DNA of 25,346 nt from a virus (Duplodnaviria > Caudoviricetes), in the IMG/VR virus record IMGVR_UViG_3300025503_000174, positions 1 through 25,346 of that record; one strand, 5' to 3'. Shown here piece by piece: positions 16,290-24,999 of the stretch. Positions within the stretch are counted from its first letter, which is position 1. Every line of letters starts with the position of its first letter. The notes beneath the pieces were generated by a model, which was not told where the DNA came from, ran no database searches, and worked only from the letters and a program-made list of their open reading frames with translations. Position numbers and translations under genes: made by a program.

Positions 16290-17570
16290 TTACAGCGGGA
16301 TGATCGCGCCCGAGGGAACCGGGCTCGTCAGGTTCGACTGGACCTGGATCGTGACGGTCTCGTCCGCGTAGCACGGCACGACCGCAACGAGGAGCGACCA
16401 CGGCCCCGCCGCCTGCTGCTGCAGGGGAAGCATGGGCACGGTCTCCGGGCCGCCGCCGTCCGTGGTGAGCACCTGTGCCCCGATCTCGGCGGACGCGGGC
16501 AGGCGCATGTAGACGAGGCACAGGAACAGGCCGTTCTGGGTGGCCGTGAGGGTGCAGAGGTCCTCCCAGGTGTTCTCGGCGCCGATGGACGCCTCGAACG
16601 CCTGATTCCCACGGACGAGGGCCGTCTGGACGCCGCTCGCGCCGAACGTCGCCTTGAGGAGACCGGCCGCCGCCGTGGTGGCGTCGGGCACGTTGCCCAG
16701 CTGGTCGACGGGCACCTGCGCGGACCCGTCCAGCGTGGCGACGCCGTTCGCCACCCCGGCCGCGCTGGAGTCGATCGCGCCCACCTGCGCGGCGGTGTAG
16801 TCGCCGCTAGCGGGAGACACGGCGCCGTTGCGGCCCCCGAACGAGGTCACGCCCTGGTGGGTGTGGTCCGCTCGGGCAGCGGTCGTGCTGGTGCCGGTCA
16901 TGTTCGTCTGCCCGATCGAGGGAGGCGGCGAGGTCGCAAGCGGAATCGACACGTCCGCGAGCTGGGTCGTGACCCAACTCTGACTCGCCTGGGCCTCCCA
17001 CACCCCGGCGACGGCGATGTACTCGGTCAGGACGCCGCTCGCGTACACCAGGACGCGCGTTCCGTCGCTGCCCACCGGTGCCGGGAGCGCCGAGTAGACG
17101 CCCTGCATCGGGGAGGCGACCGGTCGAACGTCCGTGAGCGTGCCGGGCACCGTGGCGTTGGCCGGAACCTCCACCTGCCACAGGGCGATGTACCCGGTGT
17201 CGACCGATGGCGCCGAAGGCGAGGAGGCAGGCGTTCCGGTCTTCACGATGATCTCGGGGGTGTACGGGTCCGTGCCGGTGTCGATGCCCGCCTCCACCAA
17301 GTCGATTCGGGGGTTCGTGGCATCGGCCGCGGCGAGAGTCAACGCGAGCGCGGCCGAGTTGTTCAGCCGGTATCCCCCGGGCAGCCAGCAGTTGCCCCCT
17401 ACCGCGTCCTCGGCCGACCCCGACACCGTGACCTCCAGGGAACTGCCGCTCGCGGTGAGGGTCAGGTCGTCAGCCGTGACCACGCCGGGGGTGATGAAGT
17501 CCGCCTCGCGCACCATGACATCGGTGGGCTCGTAGCTGTCCTGCGCGATGTAGGTCGTCGTGATCGCCAC
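16290..17570 (-). CDS. Tail fibre protein
   Basis: AADATNPRIDLV N-terminal attachment motif; ARADHTH, VTSFGGRNGAV, GVANGVATLDGSAQVP.DQL and DATT..AGL fibre motifs. Confidence 0.85.
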   Translation of the reverse strand: MAITTTYIAQDSYEPTDVMVREADFITPGVVTADDLTLTASGSSLEVTVSGSAEDAVGGNCWLPGGYRLNNSAALALTLAAADATNPRIDLVEAGIDTGTDPYTPEIIVKTGTPASSPSAPSVDTGYIALWQVEVPANATVPGTLTDVRPVASPMQGVYSALPAPVGSDGTRVLVYASGVLTEYIAVAGVWEAQASQSWVTTQLADVSIPLATSPPPSIGQTNMTGTSTTAARADHTHQGVTSFGGRNGAVSPASGDYTAAQVGAIDSSAAGVANGVATLDGSAQVPVDQLGNVPDATTAAAGLLKATFGASGVQTALVRGNQAFEASIGAENTWEDLCTLTATQNGLFLCLVYMRLPASAEIGAQVLTTDGGGPETVPMLPLQQQAAGPWSLLVAVVPCYADETVTIQVQSNLTSPVPSGAIIPL

Positions 17571-17582
17571 TCGGTTACCCCC

Positions 17583-18146
17583 TTAGTTGGACACGGTCGT
17601 GCTGCCGCCGCTGTCCCACCACAGAACGACGGTCGTGGTCACCCGCTTCACCACGGTCACGGCGGCCACCACATCGCTTTGCTGGTAGGCCACTCCGTTC
17701 GGGTTCTGCACCCAGACGTCGATGGTCAGGAGATCGCTCGACGTGTCGGCGCCGAACGTGATCGGGAACGCCATAGGGAAGCTGATGCCGGTGTTCACCC
17801 CGCGCTCGAAGATGCGCGGCGCGACCCCGGTGAACGGCATGACGGCCGCAGCCAGGGCGGCCACGGTCGGCCCCTGCGAGAACAGGGGCACCGTCGCGAG
17901 CAGGCGCGTCTTGTACGTCGCGTCGGTCTCCCCCGGCCTGCGGGGCACGCTCCAGTCCGCTCCATGAAGATCGAGGGCGGCCCCGGTGGCGAGCGTCACG
18001 CTGAACTGGTCAGCGAGCCCCAACGCCTCGGGGTCCACCCTGTCGAGCTGCGCGGCCATCCCCGCCAGGAGCGCGGCGACGTTCGGCGCGTTCGTGTTCA
18101 GGCCAGGGGTCATGAGCGAGGCAAGCTGCTCCAGGTTGTCGCTCAT
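17583..18146 (-). CDS. Baseplate wedge protein (P2 gpI / XkdU-like)
   Basis: ATGAALDLHGADWSVPRRPGETDATYKTRL motif; directly after baseplate J. Confidence 0.8.
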   Translation of the reverse strand: MSDNLEQLASLMTPGLNTNAPNVAALLAGMAAQLDRVDPEALGLADQFSVTLATGAALDLHGADWSVPRRPGETDATYKTRLLATVPLFSQGPTVAALAAAVMPFTGVAPRIFERGVNTGISFPMAFPITFGADTSSDLLTIDVWVQNPNGVAYQQSDVVAAVTVVKRVTTTVVLWWDSGGSTTVSN

Positions 18147-19294
18147 GCGATGGCCACCGTGATCGCCACGGCCGGGTACGCGATCTGCGGCACCTCACTC
18201 GCGCTGATCGCAAGCGCCGACCCCGACCCGTTGATCTGGACGTTCCCGATGTCGACCACCCCGGCCACGGCCTTCGCGGTGGTCACGATGTCCGAGGGGT
18301 ACAGGTTCCCGCTCGTGGCCGGTGCGCCAATGCCCATCGCGTTCACATAGGCCGCGACGGCGGTTTGGATCGCGCTCGTGGCGGCGGCCGAATCAACGCC
18401 TGTCGCCAGGGTCGCGGTGAGCGAGATCGTCGGTCCGAGGAAGGTCGGCTGGAGGGCCGTGGGCGAGTCGGTCATGGGCTTCACGCCGTTCAGGAGCGTC
18501 TGGACCTGGGTCAGCGTCGAGGAGGAGACCTTGGCGTTGCCCGGGCCGACGCAGTAAACGCCCACACCGTTGAGCTGGCCGTTGTACCCGCCCACCACGG
18601 CCGCCGAGGACACCCCATCGATGGATGTGGCCTGCGCGATGTACCAAGCGGCGGTGCCGACCGACTCGCCCTGGAGCGCGTTCAGAACGCGGGTGCGAAG
18701 GGCGCTGTCACTCTCCTGGTCGATGCCGTTCGTGATGTTCGCGGTGAGCGTCACCCCGTCGATGCCGGGGATGGCCGACCCAAGGACGAGCTGTGTCCCG
18801 GCCGTCAGGTTGCCGATGGATCCTGCGGTGAGGCAGACCGCCCCCGCCGGTACGCTCGCCTGCCCGGTCGCCAGCGTGACGGCCGCGGTCGTGGTGAACT
18901 CCACCTGCGGCACGATCACACCGGGGGGCGTCAGGATACTCGAGCCGGCCGGGATGACGATGTTCTGGGTGGCCGCCTGGTTCTTGTTGAACGAGAAGGA
19001 CGTCGAGGACGCGGCGACAGCGGGCTTTCTCTGGATGCCGTAGTCGGCCGCCTTCGCGTCGAGGTACGCCCCGGTCGCGGTCGTGACGTAGGCCGCCTGC
19101 TGCGCGGTGTAGATCTGCTGGCCGAGCATGTCGGCCACCTGGGCGTGGGCGCTCGTCAGGAGGTCGCCGACCGATCCCTCCTCGAACGTGGGGGCCATCG
19201 CGCCCGAGGGCGTTTGCTGCTGGATCGTCTGCTGCTCGGTCTGCTGGAAGCTAGAAAACTGGCTCTGGTACGGGCCGCTCAGGACCGCGCTCAA
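18143..19294 (-). CDS. Baseplate J / gp47 family protein
   Basis: ATGAYLD..AADYGIQRKPA, G.IGN, GIDQESDSALRTR and GTAAWY motifs. Confidence 0.92.
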   Translation of the reverse strand: MSAVLSGPYQSQFSSFQQTEQQTIQQQTPSGAMAPTFEEGSVGDLLTSAHAQVADMLGQQIYTAQQAAYVTTATGAYLDAKAADYGIQRKPAVAASSTSFSFNKNQAATQNIVIPAGSSILTPPGVIVPQVEFTTTAAVTLATGQASVPAGAVCLTAGSIGNLTAGTQLVLGSAIPGIDGVTLTANITNGIDQESDSALRTRVLNALQGESVGTAAWYIAQATSIDGVSSAAVVGGYNGQLNGVGVYCVGPGNAKVSSSTLTQVQTLLNGVKPMTDSPTALQPTFLGPTISLTATLATGVDSAAATSAIQTAVAAYVNAMGIGAPATSGNLYPSDIVTTAKAVAGVVDIGNVQINGSGSALAISASEVPQIAYPAVAITVAIA

Positions 19295-19686
19295 GTAATC
19301 ACCGCCCCCGCCGTGACGATCTGCCCGGACGCCGTAGCCACAACCAGCGACACGTCGATGGCGTCAGGCTGGGCGGTGTCCTGCTTGACCGTGCAGGACA
19401 CCACCTGCGACACCCTGGGATCGGACATCGCAGCGCCCGACGCCTGGCTCACCTCTTGAGCCACGATCTGGGCGTTCTGGTTCTCGTCGGCGAACTGGCC
19501 GAGGTTCGCCCCGTAGGCCGGATCCCACACGTACTGGCCCTGGTTGGTCGCAAGCAGAAGGCCGAGCGCCTGAGAAAGGTTTGCGGACCCAGACAGCATC
19601 GAGTAGTCGCCGTTCCCGCCGATGGCGAGATCGCCGTCGACCACGGAGAGGTCCTGACCAAGCCCGTCGACGGTGGGGGTCGTCAA
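19291..19686 (-). CDS. Baseplate wedge gp25/GPW-like protein
   Basis: GGAGG RBS, TTG start; GDL...G..NL.QAL...L.T..G....P.YG and DPRV motifs. Confidence 0.85.
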   Translation of the reverse strand: MTTPTVDGLGQDLSVVDGDLAIGGNGDYSMLSGSANLSQALGLLLATNQGQYVWDPAYGANLGQFADENQNAQIVAQEVSQASGAAMSDPRVSQVVSCTVKQDTAQPDAIDVSLVVATASGQIVTAGAVIT

Positions 19687-20198
19687 CCGAATACCTCCTC
19701 CGCGCCCTCGGTGATCGTGCCGGTGTAGACCGCGCCGTTCGGCCCGTTGACCTGGACGGCATCGCCCCTGCGAGCGATCGGGGCGGTCCCCCCGTTGAGC
19801 GAGACCGACTGGCCCGAAAGCTTGACGCTCGCCCCGCCCGCGCTTTGGATGAGAATGTCACCGGGGTCGAGGGGAGGAGGGGTGTCCACCGTGTTGAACG
19901 TGAAGCCCACGATCTTGCCGACCGTGGGATCGCCGGCCAGGAACAGGACGGTGCATTGGGCACCCTCCGGCGGCATCGCCACGATGCCGTACCCCGGCCC
20001 GGCGTGCGGAACAGCGATGGGGAGCCAGCCGCTTTCCACGCCATCGGGCATGAGCATCACCTTGGCGAGCCACTTGGTGGCGTCGACGCTGGTGATCTCG
20101 CCCTCGCAGGCGATGTACAGACTCTCGATGCGCTGGTCGATGTACGTCCGCAGGGCCTCGAGTGGGTCGGTGCCCACGAACCGCGGCGTCCGCTTCAC
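19683..20198 (-). CDS. Baseplate spike / assembly protein V-like
   Basis: ESGWLP...GPGYG...PPEG.Q..V.F..GD OB-fold pattern; PIARRGD and G.IT.G apex; GTG 20198 has better RBS spacing than 20207. Confidence 0.88.
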   Translation of the reverse strand: MKRTPRFVGTDPLEALRTYIDQRIESLYIACEGEITSVDATKWLAKVMLMPDGVESGWLPIAVPHAGPGYGIVAMPPEGAQCTVLFLAGDPTVGKIVGFTFNTVDTPPPLDPGDILIQSAGGASVKLSGQSVSLNGGTAPIARRGDAVQVNGPNGAVYTGTITEGAEEVFG

Positions 20199-20231
20199 CC
20201 GGCGCACCTCCCGGCAAAAGGCGGTGGAGTC

Positions 20232-20471
20232 ATGTGCCTGATCGTCCTTTTGCCCATCGCGCTACTCCTCATCATCGCGTGCGTGGTGTGGCTGGGGGTG
20301 TTCAGCATCGCCCTCGGCATTTGGGGAATCCTCGCCACCGTGTTCCTCGGCGCCTGGGCGGTGACGCGTTACGGAACATGGGCCGGCAAGCGCGTGTACT
20401 GGCCGACCCTGTTCTTTTGGTGCGGCATCGGTGCCGTCACCATGGCCGTGTTGAACCTCCAAAGGCCCTAG
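20232..20471 (+). CDS. Small antisense membrane protein (moron)
   Basis: GGAG upstream of ATG 20232; 79 aa, almost entirely hydrophobic; fills the gap between hub and spike; stop overlaps the hub stop on CTAG. Confidence 0.7.
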   Translation: MCLIVLLPIALLLIIACVVWLGVFSIALGIWGILATVFLGAWAVTRYGTWAGKRVYWPTLFFWCGIGAVTMAVLNLQRP

Positions 20472-22177
20472 AGGTAGCCCTTGTAATCGGTGTTTGGCGC
20501 CGCTTGCGTGCCGGTAAACACGTTCGGAATGTTGTTGACGTTGCCGTAGTCCTTCTGGATGTTCCGAATGGACGCGGCGGCGTTGTCCACCGGGTTGTAG
20601 ATGTTCGTGTGGCCCGGTAGCGCGTAGGCCGTGAACGTGCTAGGCACCATCTGGAACAGTCCCTCGGCGTGTTCGTAGCCCGCCGTGCCCACCAGAATGG
20701 GCGTCGCGTCCTCGGCCGTCGGACTGCCGGTGGGGTTCTCGTGCCAGATCAGCCAGAGCATCCCGGGCACCCACTCGTTGGGCGTCACCCCGGCGAGCGC
20801 GCATGCCTGGAGGAGCCAGTTGCTCACCGTGTTTGCCACACCCGAGTCGAGCCACGGCGGATACGCCGGGGCCTGCACGTTGGCGAGCGGCGACTGAACC
20901 GGCTGGATCGGGTAGGTCGACATGGCGTTGCCAGTGGCCGTTGGCGAGCCCGATGTCGTCGACGGGAACGGCGTGCCCAGGGGCGCCGAGACCTGCGTCT
21001 GGTTGATCAGGAGCTGCGAGGTCAGGTAGATCTTCGCCGAGTAGCCGTCGCTGTTCATGGCGCCGCCCATCGAGCCCATCTGCAACTGCGGCGTCTGGAA
21101 CGTCTTGGTGAGCTGCTGGACGTAGTAGTCGAGGTCGAGGCCCGGCCCCAGGCCGTACACCTGGACCCGCCCGTCGACCGTCTGCCGGGGGTCGCCCACC
21201 ACGTCGATGTAGCCCTGCACCTGGGCGCGGGTGAGTTCCGCGAGGACGGCCTGCGCCCGCTTGGCGGCCTGGTCGCGGGTGAGGCCGGGGATGACCAGGG
21301 TCTCCGTGTAGGTGCCGGGGACGTAGTTGCCCGCCCGTGGCGCCTTGGACGACGCAACCTCCGAGACCGACGTCTTGTAGAGGGCGTCGTAGCTCTTGAC
21401 CGTCACGGTGATGTCCTTGGCCCCGGTCGGGCTCCTGCCGATCGAGTGGTCCTGAATGTTCCCGCCCGAGCCCCATTCGTACATGAGGTTCGTGGCGCCC
21501 AGGGCCGCGGCGATGGACCCATAGGGGCCGAAGTAGAGGGTCGAGCCCTCCACTCGCCACACGAAGTTCTCGTAGCTGGCGAGCCAGGTGAGCAGGTCGA
21601 GGTAGGTCGTGTTCGACAGGTAGCTCTTGTTCTGGTCGCCGAAGTACGTCCCGATCGGCGTGGTCGTCGTGACGACGGCCGCCTGCAGCCCGAACAGCGA
21701 GGCAACCCAGGAGGCCACCCAACTCGCCGTGCGGTTCAGCAGCGAAACCGCGGTCATCTCCTCGTCGGCCATGAGGCCGGCGAGGTTTCGTCCCGTGATG
21801 TCCACCCGGTTGCCCTGCTCGTCGCCCATCCACTGGATGTCGTCGGCGAGGCCCAGGAACTCGAGCGTCAGGTCCGAGATCGAAAAGCGCCTGGGGTTGG
21901 GCGGGAACCCCGACCAGATCGCGACGTACACCTTCGGCGCTTCCACCAGCGGAGACGGCGCACCGTAGGCGTTCGACAGCGCGCCCTCGCCGCTCGCCCC
22001 GTAAAAGAACGGCGCCTTCACCTCGAAGGTGTCGGCGCTGCCGTTCGTGTTCTTGGTGTACGTCCAGTACCCCGGTTTGATCGGCGTCCACGGCCCGTCC
22101 GGCGACGTACCCACGGACACGACCGTTCGGGGCACCTGATACCGGGGCAGCGGGGCCGGGTACGGCACCTTCTGCAC
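20468..22177 (-). CDS. Baseplate hub (gpD/XkdQ-like) fused to C-terminal lytic transglycosylase (SLT)
   Basis: ADTFEV, ITGRNLAG.M.D, LYFGP and GDP hub motifs; C-terminal HE, EGLFQMVPSTF.AY and NPVDN..ASIR.I...YG; start GTG 22177 or 22186. Confidence 0.88.
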   Translation of the reverse strand: MQKVPYPAPLPRYQVPRTVVSVGTSPDGPWTPIKPGYWTYTKNTNGSADTFEVKAPFFYGASGEGALSNAYGAPSPLVEAPKVYVAIWSGFPPNPRRFSISDLTLEFLGLADDIQWMGDEQGNRVDITGRNLAGLMADEEMTAVSLLNRTASWVASWVASLFGLQAAVVTTTTPIGTYFGDQNKSYLSNTTYLDLLTWLASYENFVWRVEGSTLYFGPYGSIAAALGATNLMYEWGSGGNIQDHSIGRSPTGAKDITVTVKSYDALYKTSVSEVASSKAPRAGNYVPGTYTETLVIPGLTRDQAAKRAQAVLAELTRAQVQGYIDVVGDPRQTVDGRVQVYGLGPGLDLDYYVQQLTKTFQTPQLQMGSMGGAMNSDGYSAKIYLTSQLLINQTQVSAPLGTPFPSTTSGSPTATGNAMSTYPIQPVQSPLANVQAPAYPPWLDSGVANTVSNWLLQACALAGVTPNEWVPGMLWLIWHENPTGSPTAEDATPILVGTAGYEHAEGLFQMVPSTFTAYALPGHTNIYNPVDNAAASIRNIQKDYGNVNNIPNVFTGTQAAPNTDYKGYL

Positions 22178-22201
22178 CCGACGCACCCCCTGGAATCAGA
22201 T

Positions 22202-22298
22202 GATCTCGACGTGTCCACCATCGCAGCACGATGGGAGTTATCGCGCGAGCGCGCCCGACGCGACCTTGCCCCCTTGCACCACGCGACACGCGACGTTT
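22202..22298 (+). repeat. Dispersed ~97-bp element, copy 2 (intergenic)
   Basis: GATCTCGACGTGTCCAC-N49-GCCCCCTTGCACCACGCGACACGCGACGTTT. Confidence 0.9.
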
Positions 22299-22308
22299 CG
22301 GGGCGTCG

Positions 22309-22896
22309 TCACTGAGGGATCAGCAGGGTCTGACCGGGCGTCAGGGTCTTCGACTTGAGGCTGTTGAGCTGCGAGATCGCCGTCCAGGTCGTGCCGTACC
22401 TCGCGGCGATCTTCGGGAGCGTGTCGCCGGCCTTCACGGTGTAGGTCGTCGCGACCTGGGTGCTCACCGCTCCAGGCGCCGAGTCCATCCCGGCCAGGAG
22501 CGCCGCCGTGGAGCCCCGGTAGGAGCCCGGGGCGTCCACCGGCTGCAACTTGATGTCGTAGTCCACCTCCGACTCGTTACGCACGGAGAGTTGCACGCTC
22601 GTCACCAGCACCATGCGGCTGATGCCGCCGGGCATGATGAACGGCACCGGGTTGCCCAGGACCCTCAGCCGGTCGACGGCAAGCGCCCGGTCGAGCGCCC
22701 CCGTCCAACGGAACGTGCCCTTGAACTGCGTGGGCAGGTCGTACGGCCCGAGATTCTGGGCGTTGAACCCCCCACCGGGGTACTGGCGCACCGCCACCAG
22801 CAACTCGCCGTCGAAATCCACCTGGGGAGTGACGTCCCCCAGGGTGAACGACACCCCACCCAGCACCAGACCGGACGGGGAAGACGACAGCGACAT
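22309..22896 (-). CDS. LysM-domain tail tube initiator-like protein (XkdP-like position)
   Basis: AGGGGG RBS, ATG 22896; C-terminal YTVKAGDTLPKIAARYGTTWTAISQLNSL...PGQTLLIP; lies between tape measure and hub. Confidence 0.88.
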   Translation of the reverse strand: MSLSSSPSGLVLGGVSFTLGDVTPQVDFDGELLVAVRQYPGGGFNAQNLGPYDLPTQFKGTFRWTGALDRALAVDRLRVLGNPVPFIMPGGISRMVLVTSVQLSVRNESEVDYDIKLQPVDAPGSYRGSTAALLAGMDSAPGAVSTQVATTYTVKAGDTLPKIAARYGTTWTAISQLNSLKSKTLTPGQTLLIPQ

Positions 22897-22926
22897 GCCG
22901 CACCCCCTGACCACATGGAGTGAATC

Positions 22927-23023
22927 GAACTCGACGAGTCCACGAACCGGGGGACGGGTGATTCATCGCGTGCGTCGTTTCAACGCGGCCTTGCCCCCTT
23001 GCACCACGCGAGGCGCGACGTTT
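22927..23023 (+). repeat. Dispersed ~97-bp element, copy 3 (intergenic, abuts the tape measure stop)
   Basis: GAACTCGACGAGTCCAC-N49-GCCCCCTTGCACCACGCGAGGCGCGACGTTT. Confidence 0.9.
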
Positions 23024-24998
23024 ACGCCTTGCCGGGGAGTGCGCGTGTGGGTCGTGCGCGCAGGTCCAGACGGAGGATCTGGCCGAGCTTTTCGCGCAGC
23101 GGACCCTCAAGGGCGGCGAGCACCGCGTCGGCGGTCTGCTTGGCGTTCGTCGCCCCGTTGATCTGAATAGCGCCCGAGGCGATGACGAGCTGGACGCCGC
23201 CGGCGGATCCACCACCCGCGAGGCCGCCGTGCGATCCGGTCGCGGCCCCGCCGAGTAGCGCGCTCGCCGCCGACGCCCCTGCCGCCTCGAGCGAACCGAG
23301 GTCGGCAAGGAGCCCCTGGGCGAGGGTCGGGGCGAACGCCGTCCACCAGGTGTTCAGGCTGGACAGCGGGCCGGCCTGCGCGGGCGAGTGCAGCCGCAGG
23401 TAGGCCGCCGTGGTGTCGCCCACGCTGGTCAGAGCGTCGTGGAGCTGGCCCTGCGGGGCGTTCTTGATCCCCTGGGCGTAGGCGTTGACCATCTGCGAGC
23501 CGTAGTCGCGGGCGTTCTTGAGGCCCTTCGCCTGTCCCGAACCGAACAGGGTGCCGAAGAAGCCGCCGATGTCCTTGAGGATGCCGCCCACCCATCGGAG
23601 CGCGTCACCCAGGGCACGCACGATGAAGGCCCAGTTCTTCCAGATCAGGTAGGCCGCGGCCACAGCGACAGCGATGGCGGCGATGATGACGAGAACCGGC
23701 CCCATCGCCACGTCCAGCCCGAGGAAGCTGGCGATCGCCGTGGCGTTGCCCATGACCACCTCGCCCGCCCACTCCACGAACGCGGCCCCCGCCTTGGTAA
23801 GCTCCGCGCCGTACAACTCGATGGCTGCCCCGGCGTCCCCGGCGACGGTCGTGACGCCCTTCCAGGCAAGCCCGATCTGCTTGAGGCCGATGCCGAAGGC
23901 GCCCATCGGGCCGACAAAGGTGGTGAGCATGCCGACGAGGCCGACGAACATGAGGAACGGCCCGACGATGAGCGCCAGCGCCGTGCCCACCATCATGAAG
24001 TCGCCAGCGATCCGGTCGAACGTGGGGTGCGCCTGCACAAACAGCAGGATGCGCCCCAGCACGACGTTCAGCGAGTGCAGGAAGCCTGTCACGCCACCGA
24101 GCGCACCGTTTCGGGCGAAGGCCACCTCGATGTCCTGGAGCGTCGAAGTGAACTGCGTCATCTGGCCCTGGAAGGTCAGGTTCAGGTCGCGCTGGCTCTT
24201 GGCGATCGAGGCGGTGTGCTGGATCTGCGAGAGGGTCATGTTGTACAGCGCGTCGGCGTTCTTACCCGAGAGGAGCTGCGCGACGAGGCCGCCCTGCTGA
24301 CCGAACAGGGCGTTCAGGATCGGCAGCATCATGTTGGCGTTGTGCTGTTCCTTGTCCGCGAACGCCTGGAGGAGCGAGATCGTCTTGGCCCAGCCGACGA
24401 ACTTGCCTCCGGCGCTCATGAACGGGCTGTGGTTGCCGTTCACCGGGATGCCCAGGGCGGTGTCGAACATGGCGAAGGCTGCCCGGCTCGTCTCGCCGCC
24501 CTGCGCTCCCTGGACGAGGCGCTGGAGGAAGTCGCGTAAGTCCGTGCCGCCTCGGCCACGGCCGATGCCCATGCGGTTGACGAAGGCGATGCTCGACAGC
24601 GTCTGGGTGCTGTTCAGGCCGAGCATCTTGGCCGTGCCCGCGACGTACTTCCACTCGGTCGACACCTGGCTGATGTCCTCGTTCGAGTGGAGCAGCATCG
24701 CGTTCAGCTCCTCCAGGAACGGCGAGAGCTGCTTCGAGGAGTAGAGTTGGAACGAGTGCGCCATGCCGGTCGCCATCGACACCGAGGTGCTCGGGCTCTC
24801 GCCCTTGAGGTACGCCTGTATGTCCGCGAACCGCGTGTACAGCGGCAGGAGCTGGCGCAGGTCGGTGTAGTTGGGGATACCCGCCCGGGCCATCGACGCC
24901 GCGATGCCCGCCACCTGGGTCGCGGTGAACTGCGTCGGGATGCCGACGCGCTGCACCTCGTTCGTCAGGGCGTTCGTCTGGGCGGTGGTGAGCTTCAT
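23022..24998 (-). CDS. Tail tape measure protein (TP901-like core), 5' portion apparently cut off by an IS insertion
   Basis: TQFTATQVA...MARAG, KYVA..A..LG, G.GGT.LR..L.RL, LFG and LHSP motifs plus hydrophobic helices; protein-like sequence stops abruptly upstream of ATG 24998. Confidence 0.88.
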   Translation of the reverse strand: MKLTTAQTNALTNEVQRVGIPTQFTATQVAGIAASMARAGIPNYTDLRQLLPLYTRFADIQAYLKGESPSTSVSMATGMAHSFQLYSSKQLSPFLEELNAMLLHSNEDISQVSTEWKYVAGTAKMLGLNSTQTLSSIAFVNRMGIGRGRGGTDLRDFLQRLVQGAQGGETSRAAFAMFDTALGIPVNGNHSPFMSAGGKFVGWAKTISLLQAFADKEQHNANMMLPILNALFGQQGGLVAQLLSGKNADALYNMTLSQIQHTASIAKSQRDLNLTFQGQMTQFTSTLQDIEVAFARNGALGGVTGFLHSLNVVLGRILLFVQAHPTFDRIAGDFMMVGTALALIVGPFLMFVGLVGMLTTFVGPMGAFGIGLKQIGLAWKGVTTVAGDAGAAIELYGAELTKAGAAFVEWAGEVVMGNATAIASFLGLDVAMGPVLVIIAAIAVAVAAAYLIWKNWAFIVRALGDALRWVGGILKDIGGFFGTLFGSGQAKGLKNARDYGSQMVNAYAQGIKNAPQGQLHDALTSVGDTTAAYLRLHSPAQAGPLSSLNTWWTAFAPTLAQGLLADLGSLEAAGASAASALLGGAATGSHGGLAGGGSAGGVQLVIASGAIQINGATNAKQTADAVLAALEGPLREKLGQILRLDLRARPTRALPGKA

Positions 24999-24999
24999 G

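Noticed and set aside
13320-17570. Diversity-generating retroelement or invertible fibre cassette
   Set aside because: No reverse transcriptase or invertase and no VR/TR pair or duplicated fibre C-termini seen by eye
15684-18350. 888-aa + strand ORF (and similar long ORFs 10365-11966, 13632-14981, 20669-22315, 755-2122, 7258-8379)
   Set aside because: Arg/Gly/His-rich shadow frames antisense to genes with clear motifs; expected in high-GC DNA
20196-22193. Shared GG(A/G)GGTGCG(C/T)CGGGTG motif at the hub and spike gene starts
   Set aside because: Mostly an extended Shine-Dalgarno (GGAGGTG) plus GTG start; not enough to call a separate regulatory site
9982-23023. CRISPR array or integron attC interpretation of the 97-bp repeats
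   Set aside because: Copies are dispersed, not tandem with unique spacers; no cas or integrase gene in the window; no RYYYAAC/GTTRRRY ends or long palindrome
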